This document shows positions 24,781-37,130 of a stretch of DNA of 64,000 nucleotides, piece by piece. Below the pieces are notes generated by a model. That model was given only the letters and a program-made list of their open reading frames with translations, did no database searches and was not told the origin of the DNA. The DNA is from Piromyces finnis finn. Its lineage: Eukaryota > Fungi > Neocallimastigomycota. Each line of letters opens with the position of its first letter. Positions within the stretch are counted from its first letter, which is position 1. The stretch spans positions 1-64,000 of the forward strand of contig MCFH01000080.1 of the NCBI GenBank assembly GCA_002104945.1, written 5' to 3'. Both the position numbers and the translations under genes were made by a program.

Positions 24781-25035
24781 TTTATTTTTTTTAAATAAAA
24801 AATAATTACTATTTATAAATTGTATATAGCATAAAAAATAAAATATAAAAAAGTAATTAATAATATTGAAGTATTATAATTATTTTTGATGTAATATTAT
24901 TTTAAATTTTATTTTTTTAAATAAAAAATAATTACTATTTATAAATTGCATATAGAATAAAAAATAAAATATAAAAAAGTAATTAATAATATTGAAGTAT
25001 TATAATTATTTTTGATGTAATTATTTTAAATTTTT
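24781..25035. repeat. Tandem duplication, 2 x ~126 bp, 3' of copy E
   Basis: aaataaaaaataattactatttataaattg...gatgtaa starts at 24793 and again at 24919, with few mismatches. Confidence 0.75.
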
Positions 25036-25152
25036 TAAATTTTTATATTATATAATTAATACAATACTATATATTGAAAGAATCGCATTAATAAAAAAAT
25101 AACTCATATCCAATGAATTGATTTTAATAAAACATGGTAGTATTTTAAATGA

Positions 25153-25482
25153 TTATATTAAAACTTTTTTTTGTTTTGGTATACAGCATCTGAAGTCAGA
25201 ACCACCTGGACAATATCCTTTAACAGTAGTTCCTTCACAGTCAGAAATGAATTTGCATGTACCAACTAAACCTCCAGAAGTGACACATTTTTTCTTGTTA
25301 CAACATTTAATATTATTTGGATCATTTGGGCATTTTCCATTAACATAACTACCACCAGCATTAATACAGTTTGTAGTTGAAACACAAACTCCATTTCCAG
25401 AAGAGCATCTTCCATTAACAGCACCGAGAGCAGCTGGAACAGAAAGTAAAAGAGATAATACAAGATTAGTATTGAAACGCAT
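25153..25482 (-). CDS. Small secreted 12-Cys protein: stand-alone double 6-Cys module (array copy E, no NlpC/P60)
   Basis: The signal peptide is nearly identical to copies A/B, all 12 Cys are kept, and the protein ends IPKQKKVLI*. No NlpC/P60 remnant is visible downstream. Confidence 0.85.
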   Translation of the reverse strand: MRFNTNLVLSLLLSVPAALGAVNGRCSSGNGVCVSTTNCINAGGSYVNGKCPNDPNNIKCCNKKKCVTSGGLVGTCKFISDCEGTTVKGYCPGGSDFRCCIPKQKKVLI

Positions 25483-27279
25483 GCTTAATTTATGTTATTT
25501 TTTCTAAATGATTAATTTTTATTTAATTTTATTTAATTTTATTTATTTTTTTTTTAATTTGATTTACTTTTCAAGAAAAGTGAAGAATATTGAGGTATTT
25601 ATATTTTTTTTCTTCGAAGATTTTGATTTAATGAAAGACTTTGTCATTGGTGTAGTGTATAAATTATATTATTAATATATCGTTTTTTATTTATTTCATT
25701 GAAATAATTAAATTACTATTTATAATAAATAGATCTATTAAAATACTTTCATCAAACAATATAATAATGTAGTATATTCTAGTATAAATAAGATATGTAG
25801 TATTAGTTTAAATAGTATTTTTTTTACATATAATTATAGGTATGATGAATAATACAATATTAGTATTTTGATTTTCTAATTTTATGAAATATTATAGAAT
25901 ATCCAATTAAATTCAAGAAAATTAACGCTTTTTCAGTAAAAGGGAATTAAAAAGGTATAAAAATGTTTTAAAATATATTTTTAAAAATGTATGTAATGTA
26001 GTATTTTTTCATTTTTCCAATTGTATTTTCAAAACATTTTTATACCTATTTAATTTCTTCTTCTTTTTTTTTTTTCATACTTTACTTATGGTTTTATTGT
26101 ACTCTAATTGGTTATACGATGCTATTTTATAATATTTAAGTCAAAGTTTAACTGTAACTTTATATATATATATAAAGTTATAAATATATTATTTACAGAA
26201 TGATTTTTTAATTTAATGTTGAATCCATTTTTTCAAAATATTCCTTTTTTTTTTTTTTTCTTTTTCTTTTTTACTATTTAAATTTAATTGGATATATTTA
26301 ATTATGTATAATTAAATGTTAATTTATATAACAAAATGTGTCACAAAAAAAAAAAAAGGCTTATTAAAAAAAAAAAAAAAAAAAAGGTAATATGATAATA
26401 ATGGATTAAAGTATTTTATAAAATATTTATAATTTAAGACCTATTCATTTTATTGTTAATTGTATTTTTAAGAATGTTTACATATTTGACTATTTAAGTT
26501 TTTTTCCATTTTCTTAAGTATTTAATCATATTAGGCATTTAAAATTAGTTACAAGATGAATAAATATTAATTACAAACTTTTTTTTTTTTTTAATGTATA
26601 ATAAAAAAAAAAAAGAAAAAAATGATTGTGTATGGTCTTGCCATATAAATTAAAATTTAATGAATAATTATTGAACCAATAAAAAAATTTATTTTTAATC
26701 TATACTTTTTGATGGTTTATTCATAATATTGAGAAAATAGAAAATTCTATAATTCTAATTATTAAATTGTATGAAGAAAAAAAAAAATATCTGGTTTATG
26801 CCTAAACTTTATACAATTAAACCAAATATAAATATAAAAATATACTATAAATAAAAAAAAAATTTAAGAAATCTTAAAATTTCCTGTATTATTGTCTAAA
26901 AGATATGAATTTACTATATCTTAATATTTAATTAATAACAGTATATCTATATATGTACATAATAAGAAAATTATAAAACTATATATTTTTGTACTAATAT
27001 ATTTATTAACAGACATTTTGATCTTTTTTTTTTTTATTTTTATATTTTATGTTTTTAAATTTCATTTTATGCTTTTTTTTTTAATTTGACATAATTTTTA
27101 TAGTTGAAATGATTTATTAAATAAATTATAATTGCATTAATTTAAATGATAGATAAATAATAAAATACATTGCTTTTTTTTTTTTTTTTTTTTATAATAA
27201 ATATTAAAGAAAAATAAAAACATTAATGAACAATATAAATGATAATAATAATAATAATGATAATATAATATAAACAATA

Positions 27280-27338
<59 letters not shown>

Positions 27339-27653
27339 TAATAAAATATAAAATACAAGTGTAAGAATTTATTTTATTAGATTAGGATAAAATAGAATAA
27401 TAAGCTAATAAATATATTTTTTTTTATTTTCTATGGTGTTAATATAAAATATGTTTAATTTTTTTATAATAATTAAATAGTTATATTTGAAAAGAATTAA
27501 GGAAATTTAATAAATTTTATTGTAATCATTGGATATAATAATATTAAAAGATTTATATAAATTTTTTTGTAAATGAGTATGTTTTTATTTTAGTTCTTTC
27601 ATTTTTTTTTTTTTGTAAATGAGTATGCTAATTTTTTTTCTAGTCCTTTTCTT

Positions 27654-30600
27654 TTAAAGTAATGGATCGGTATCATTCCAATCAATATTAACATTTTTCC
27701 ATTTTGTTTTAATACAAAGATTTAATGGTGGGACTAATTTTTTATGATGATCAATAATTTCACCATTATCATCATCATGATAAGTATCATTTAATAAGGT
27801 AATAGTAAGTTTAATTTCATCTTGTTGATTTGACAATTGATCATAATAGAATAAATCAAACATACTAATTTTTCTTTTAGTGGAGACAACATCTTTATCT
27901 AAACTAAATAGAACGGTATAATGACTTTCACTACAAACAATGAAAATAGGATATTTTGGATTTTTATAATATGAACCGACAATAATGGATCGGTAGTGTT
28001 CAAATAATGATAAATGTCCAATATTTGGTTGACTTTTTATACCTTTTAAAATTTTACATTCCTCATCAGGTGCACCATCATCTCCTAATCTAATATCATT
28101 ATCATGAACGTTGGATATTGCTTTACCTGTAATCAATAGATTTACCAAATCCTAATTTATATTAATAATAATTATTATAATAATAAAAATAAAAAAAAAT
28201 ATATATATATAAATATCAATATTTTTAACAATTTAAAAGATGAAAAAATTTTATAAATATTAAAAAAAAAAAAAAATATAAAAAAAAAAAGATTTAAATG
28301 ATTATTCTTTTTGTTTTAATATATTACCTGTGTACAATAACCATGCATACCAATAAGGGTATTATTAGGTTCATCCATATCATTTCGAACATTATCTATA
28401 CCTCTACTAAGGATAGTAGAATATAAAAGTATTAAGAAAGCATGAACTTGCATCTTTTAATAAATCAATAATAAATTTTTTATAATATTTTATGAATAAA
28501 AAGGTATATAATTATTAATATTTCAAATTTTGGTATACTAAATGACATTAACATTAGTATATTATATATATATATATATATTTCTATGCTATTAACAAAT
28601 AGTTTTTATTACTTGATTTAAATTTTGAGATATAAAGTTATAACAGGCATCTCTTGAATATATATTATAAAGGGTTAGATTTTCAGCCAAATTTTTAGAA
28701 ATACTATTAGGTGATGGTCTATTTACGATTTCAGAATATATGTTAAATAACGAAATAACAGAAAAGTGGTAAAAGTATATGAAAAAAGAAAACAAAAATA
28801 ATAATGATTAGTATTATGATTGATTATTTTTTTTTATCATCAATAATCATTAGATATCAATTTTTATTAATAATAATTACAATGCAATAATACAACAATG
28901 ATTCCATTCTCCCGATTTCCATATAATATCTGCTAAAGAATTTATTAATGCATCTTCTTTTTCACCATCTGTAAATGAATGTAATACTTCTTCATCTACA
29001 CTTTTTATATTAAATATATATATTTTTTATAATTTAAATGTATATAGATAAATTGATATTAATGTTACACGATTAATGAAATCAAAATATATATAAAAAA
29101 AAGAGAAATAAAATGATATAATATATTTTTATATATATAGATAAAGGAAGTGTATTTTATACTTTTCATATTTAGTATTTTTAAAAGCAAGATGTAATAT
29201 AACATAAGCTTGAACGACAGATATTAAACCACACGGTCCTCCCTATCATTTTTAGTTTCCAAGTTAAAATAATAATTTTTAATATTATAATGAATAATAA
29301 GTTATTTATTTATGATTATATGTGTTATCAAATAATATTTTAAGTATATTATTTGTTCTATTTCTTTTATTATTTTATTTCTTTTTTTTTTTATGTAATA
29401 TTATTATTATGATAATTACTTTTTCTTGTATTAAACCGTAGCTAACACTTGAATTTCTGTTAAAACTTAATCTTTTTCCTTTCCATGAATCCTGATAATT
29501 TTCTTTGGTATCACCATAGACCAAATTTAACAGATTTTTGGATGTTTCTGTTGAAATTGGTTTTCCTTGATTTTTCCAAATATTCATACTACTATTATTA
29601 TTATTTAGGGTAGAAGAAGTGTAATTTATATTAATATCATTTTCTGCTAGATCAAAGTCTTGAATTTGAATATCTTCTATTAACATATCATCTTCTTGAA
29701 CAGATATTGAATGTGAATTTTTTTTATGAGATTTTGGTTTCATAAATCCGTTTATATTGGCTGTTGAAGAAGATAATTGTGAATCATATCCTAGATCATG
29801 ATTATGATTATGACTATTATGATGATTACTACTATGACTAGTTTTTTTAATATTTTGATTTAAATCATTTTCATTGGTGGTAAGTTTTGATCTACTATAG
29901 GAGGGATTACTTTTGGAAAATGAAAAAGAATAATTAGGGGCTGCAGGGGACGCCTTGGCTACAGAAATAGTGGTGGCAGTAATTTGTTGAGAAGAATGAG
30001 AATTTGATGAAGGTGTATTTACTGCTTTCGTCTTTTTACTTTCATGTTCTGAGTGATGTTCATTGGATAAAGATGTGGAAGATGTATAGGGATAATTATT
30101 TTTATCTGAATCTTTATTTTTTGATGAATGTGAATTTTTTTCTTTTGTTGTTGTTGTTGTTGAAATTGTGTTAGATTTACTACTATTTTTTTCTTCTTTT
30201 TGATTATTTGGTAATTCCAATAAAACTGCATTAATGGCAACTTCCAATAAAGACAAATATACTGTTTCTAAATATAATTTAATCAACCCAAAATTTATAA
30301 TATAATTATTTAATAAAATAATATTAATATTAAAACTAGTATAAGGAAAAAAAAAAAAAAAACTCTACGATATATTATTTATAATTTTATTTTATTTAAA
30401 TAATTTTAACAACTACAAGTATATATAAAAATTTTATTAAAATTTACTAGAGTTTTTATTTTGTTGAGCATGTTTTAATATTCCCAAAGATTTTGCCAAT
30501 TCAGTTCTACTATTATATGTTTTTTTTGAAGTTTCTGATAATTCCTATACCAATGTATATATATTATACAATAATAATATACAATATATAATCGTCAATT

Positions 30601-30983
30601 AATATATAATAAAAAAATAAAATTCATAATCTATTTTATTGTCTTATTGAATAGAAATATAGAATAAAGTAAAATTTTTAATTTTCTTTTTCTATATAAA
30701 TTTTTAAAAGTTTCTAAAATTAATGATAATCATTATTTACTTTTTCGTCATATTCTATTAATGCTGCTAATGATTTTTTACATCCATGTCTACTTAAATA
30801 TTCTCTTACTAGAGCATTTCCCAATTGAGTGACTAAATCACTATTATTAATATATTTTATTGAGGTTAATCCTTCACTTCCTACGACCTTTTTAGGGTGT
30901 CTTTTTTTTGTTTCTGAAACATTTTTCGTTGAAGTTGAAACTTTTTTTTGAACAACTGACATTGAATTTGTAGTACTAATCAT
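27654..30983 (-). CDS. MINDY4: MINDY4/FAM188B-like deubiquitinase (MINDY-3/4 family), multi-exon
   Basis: The N-terminus contains LVREYLSRHGCKKS. The catalytic Cys motif is GLIQEK|GGPCG (~29230), followed by GYCTQ, CSESHYTVLF (His), FDLFYYDQL and the C-terminus PPLNLCIKTKW...WNDTDPLL. Confidence 0.85.
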
Positions 30984-32139
30984 TTATTATTATCGTTATT
31001 ATTTTTAATAATGATTTTTTTTCTCTTGGCTTATAAAATATTAGTATAATTAATTCAATTGTAATTTATTAGATAGATTCTACACAAATCATAGAATATG
31101 TAAATATGTAAATATTTTATTTGTCTGATGAATAATTAGTATTAAAATGATAAATTGAGAGAAACTAGTATAAAATGGAATCACAATAACAAACAATTAT
31201 AATAATAGATAAGTTAATAACAATATATAATCTCAAAAAAAAGTGACAAATAAAATTTTCAACAACAATAAAAAGGATTTAAAATAAAAGATACTTTTTT
31301 TTTTTTTTTTTATATTTTAATTAGTATTTATTCATATCCTTTTTATTATATTTTTTTTCTCATATTATGATAAATAATAATTATAAATTTTATTTAATAT
31401 AATTTTTACAGTTTAAAAAAAAAGTTTGATTTTTTTTTTTTTGGATTTAAAATAAAATAACTTTAAAATTTTTAATTTGATTTTACTTTGCTTTGTTGTT
31501 ATATTTATTATTTCAACAACATAATGAAATAGAAAAATTATATATATATACATGGATTTTTTTAAAAAAAAAAAGCAATTTCTAACTTGATAATATAAAT
31601 AATATTATTATTTATGATTGTTTTTACCCATGAATATTACAAAATAAAATATATTCTTTCATAATAATTCAGTATTTTATATTTATAAGAAGTTTATTTC
31701 AATTTTTTTAAAATGTAGTTAATTAACATTTTTTATATTTTTCTTTTTTTTGTTAAAAGATTCAAAAGTTAAACTCTTTTTTTTTACCCTCCTTTCTAAA
31801 GTTTAAATAAAGTGCTATTGTGGATAATTGAAAATTTCAATCAATAGATAATAGTTCTATACTATTTCTTTTTTATATAGTAATGATATAATATGTATAG
31901 TATCATAAAGGTAGAGTTGCTTTTATTTTTGTAAAGGTAAAGCCTTTAGGTTTAAATTAGATTTATGAATAATTAATATTGAACAAATTTTTTATCTCTT
32001 AACCAAAAAATTCACAATTCTAATTACTATTATTAAATTGCTATTATATCTATTATATATAAATAAAAAATGTAATAACAAAAGTGATAATTAAATAAGG
32101 AAAAGAATATAATAATTTTATTATAAAAAAGTTATATAA

Positions 32140-32194
<55 letters not shown>

Positions 32195-32231
32195 ATAGAT
32201 ATATAAATAAATAAATAAACAAACAAACAAA

Positions 32232-32270
<39 letters not shown>

Positions 32271-32412
32271 AATAAATAAACAAATAAATAAAATAAATAA
32301 ATAAAATAAATAAATAAAATAAATAAATAAATAAATAAATAAATAAACAAACAAATAAATAAATAGATATATAAATAAATAAACAAATAAATAGATAAAT
32401 AAATAAAATAAA
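32140..32412. repeat. (AAAT)n microsatellite with AAAC/AGAT variants
   Basis: Direct reading of the sequence. It explains the spurious FIYL-repeat ORFs. Confidence 0.95.
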
Positions 32413-35400
32413 TACAACATTCCACTATTATTAATGATGATGACTTTTGATTGTGATTATTAATAATAATATACTAATATATTATTATTAATAATCAAAA
32501 GTCATCATCATCATCATCATATTAAATAAACTAATTGAACACTGTATGAATGATGGCTGTTAATCATAAATCATTTTTGGCCACAAGTTAAAGTTTAATA
32601 CTTATTAAAATAGATTGATGGCAATAATAAATATATATTTGTTAAAAAAGACTATAATGTCCAAAAAAAAAAAAAAAACAGTAATAAGCTCTATTCTTTT
32701 ATAAATACTATTATAACAGTTTTTTTGTTACACTTGTAGATAATAAAAAAAAAAAAGAGGTATAAATAACAAAAATCAAATATAAAATATTGATAGAATA
32801 AAACAAAAAATATATATTTTTTTAATTATTTGATAACTATTTTTCTTTTTTTTAATTTTTACATTTTTACACAAAAAATTCAATAAGACCTTTTTTGTAT
32901 AAATTATTAAATGTATTAAATTAAATGTTGTACAAATTCAATCTTTAAACTTTAATTAATAGAATTAAAAATAATTTTTAACCTTAATTTCTATAAAAAA
33001 AGTGAGTTGCGACCTTTTTTTTTTTTGTACTTGGCCTGCTTATAATGTAATGAGAATAGAGATTAGAAAAGACAACATAGAAAAAACATTATTTTAGTAT
33101 AATATTCTATTATGAAGGTTATCTTAGATCATGATGCATGTAAAAGAATTGTGATCATCATAGAATATATCATCATCATCATCATCATCATAATAATAAT
33201 AATAATTAAATTTTTAATAATATGATTCAAAACCTACAAAAATGTCCAATCATGATGACAATGATGATATATTTCGAAAGTCTTTTTTAAGCGAATATTA
33301 TAAATTCTTTATATATTTATAATAAAAATAAAATGTAAAATAAATAATAAAAGAAAAGAAAAAAATACATCAGTATCATTAATTTTTTGTTGGTTAATGC
33401 TTTGAATAGCTTTAATTTTTTTTTTTTTTAAAACAACATTATATATTTTATAGAAACTTGAATTTTTTTATTTTTCATTCTTAGTAATAAAACTACAAAC
33501 AAACAAATCTATTAATAGTCAAGCTTTGGTGAAAAACTGTTTACTTATTATGGACAATACTATTCAGCAAATTATACTATTAATTAGTTTTCGTTATATT
33601 TTATTTTAATTCTTTTTCTATATTTCAAAAAAGTCATTAATATTTCAATAAGCTATAATTATCATACTTTTCAAAATAATAAAAGAGATCATCTTTTTTT
33701 TTTTTCTTTTTATTTTTTAGTTCTATTCCTTCAAAAGGAATGAAGTGCCTTTTTGAATAAATTATGTATTCAAAAGAATAATGAATAATAGTAAAATAGC
33801 ATTTCTATTTTCTTTTCTTTTTTTTTAATAGTTTAATTATTCATCATTTTTCTATTTTTGTTCATCCATTTATTATATGTAATTAATAAATTTAATTAAA
33901 ATTTAATTTAAAAATAATCTAAAGTTAAATAAAGTATATAAAGTTTTATTATTACAATTGATTATAATATATACTAAATTAATTACATTTATTATTATTC
34001 ATTGTTTAAAAAGTTTAATTAAACTTTTTATAATATTTTTATTTTCCACTATAAAGAATGAAATAATAATTCTATTTTAGGTAATATAAAAATTTAATTA
34101 GTTCATCATTTTTTCAAAATGATAATAAATAAAGTTTAGATAAATAAGATAAAAGAGTTAATAAAAGCAATATAAAAAATTGAATCTATAATATATTAAT
34201 TTATACTACATTATATATTCAATTCTTTTATAAAAAATTTCAATTATTTATTAATTAATAAAATTAAATAATCCATTGTAATATATTTAATTTATGTATT
34301 GATCTAATTCATGAATTAGAAAAGATCAATTTCAATTAAATCAAAAATAAAGTCTAATTATTAATGAAATAAAATAATCATTCATAGTATTGAAGCTACT
34401 AAAATAATTATATGTAGAAAACTTGAAGTATCTAAGGAAAGTAATACTACTACTTATAATCATTACTATTTAATAAATACATTCTTGCTAAACACCTTAA
34501 ATGAATGGCTAAATACAACTAATATTTAATTAAAATGATTAGCTAATTTTTAATTTAATAATTTGTAGGATGCATGGATAGTAATAATAATGGAAAATGT
34601 ATACAAAAAAAATTGAAAAATTCCATTTTTGACATAATTAAAAGGGAATGAATTAGAAATTTATATAAATATATATATATATAAATTATAAATATAAAAT
34701 AATATATAATAACTATATATTACAATTATTTTAAAAACTATTATTTATTGAAAAGTTTTATCACATGTTATTAACTAGGAAGAAAAATTTTCATTCGATG
34801 AAGAATTGTTATTGGTAAAAATAAAGGTTAAAATAAATAAATAAATGAATAAATAAATAAATGAATAAATGAATAATAAATAAGTAAATAAATAAATAAA
34901 TAAAATAAAAACAAAAACAAACAAAAAAAAAAACAACAACAAAAAAACAAACAAAAACTTCATTTTTTTTAATTAATTATTATTTTATTATAATAATTAT
35001 TATTCCTAAAAGTATGTAATTTAATTAATTAATTAAATCCTCTTTATTCTATTAAAAAAAAGTTTAAATTTTAATCAAATAAAATTTTTGTAAACTTTTT
35101 TTTATATAAAATTTGATATAAAAACAATTTCTTTTAATGGCAAATGTTCTTTAAGACTTTTTTTTTTTAAAAAAAAAACTGATTATAAAAGAAAAAAAAA
35201 TAATTAAAAGTAATAATAAAGATTATTATCTATAAACGAAAATTACCTTTAATCGAATTTAATTCTCATTTTTCAATCTCTTTATTGATTTATGATCCAT
35301 TTTATTATTACTTTGATTTTTTATTCAATATGTTAGAGTTTGATTAATCATACCTTTATTTCACATTAGATTTTTCTTTTTTAGTTATTAATGCTTTTTT

Positions 35401-36638
35401 TTTTTAAATTTATAGAAATGACATATTATTTATCATCATTTTATTAAATACTAATATTAATGAACTTTTTTTTTAATCTTTATTGCTGAGAAGTAAAATA
35501 GTATTAAATAGATTTATGATACATTTATGATGTACTCTCTAGAACTATTATTGTTTTGTTTATCTTTTTATTATATACTTTTAAAAAATGTTAATTATCA
35601 ATTATTTATATTTGATTATCTTTGTCCCAATTTTACAATTGTATATAAAAAAAGTGGTAAAGTTTACCATTAGGAAAATAATAATATTCTCAATCCTCCT
35701 TTTTTTTTTTTTTTTTTTTACTTTAATTCTGGTATTCTCTTGTTAAATAAATAACACTATATATATTAAGCACAATTTATTAATTTGTTTATTAATCTTC
35801 TTTTAAATAATCATTAAAATAATTAAATAATATCTTTTTAATCATAATGATAAAAACTATTTTATATTTAATATATTGAAGAAAGATAATTACATCGTTA
35901 AAAATAGAGGTATATTGTTGGATTATTGAAAGAATATTTTTTAAAAGTTTAATGTGTATATTATGTTATTTTAATGAATATTTAATCATTTATCCCTGTC
36001 TTCTAGATTAATTCTATTGTTTTTTTTTTTTTTTTTTTTTTTTCATTTCTACTCTTTTTTTTTGATAACATGTTACATTCCAAATTATATTTTCGAGTTT
36101 TTTTCATTCATTATTAGATTATAAAGTGAGCTTATAAAAACATTTTTAACAATTAATAAATTCGTAATATATATATTTTAAAAAAAATAGTATTATTTTG
36201 AAAAAAAAAAAGATTATATTTTTTTTTTAGTTTATTTTTTGTGTTAAAAAAAAAATGAACGATACTAGTAACAAAATAAAATAATTTAGAAAGGTCACAA
36301 GTCTCTCTTTAATGGATTATCCTTTCTGTTTCCAACAAATTAAATTACTTTAAAATTTAAAAAGTAAACATAATTTTCGTACATTCATCACAAATAACGT
36401 AATGTATTCAATTTTTATAATATTTAAGCTTTTAAAACGACATTAAAATACATGTTTTTTAAAAAAAAGTAATGAAATCTATATTTTAATAATTTTAAAT
36501 TGATCACACCTACTAATATTCCAAATAGAAATATATTGTTATTAATATACATATAATTTAATATTAGTATTAAACCACATAATAAATAATATAATAAAAT
36601 AAAAAAGTAAAATATTATTTATATAATAAATGATCTAT

Positions 36639-37130
<492 letters not shown>

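Noticed and set aside
13678-25463. Recurrent alternative-frame and antisense ORFs over the array (e.g. 13678..13896, 13953..14165, 14119..14403 and their copies)
   Set aside because: They are shadows of the NlpC/P60 coding sequence and recur only because the genes are duplicated. They have no independent motifs.
13715-25482. Bacterial contamination or a prophage lysis cassette as the source of the NlpC/P60 genes
   Set aside because: The genes are embedded in AT-rich eukaryotic spacers contiguous with spliced fungal genes and interrupted by a poly(A) LINE. No operon structure, holin or phage genes are present.
34360-34530. Stop-free stretch of ~55 codons (KIIIHSIEATK...NEWLNTTNI)
   Set aside because: No start codon, partner exon or recognisable motif was found, so it cannot be told apart from chance.
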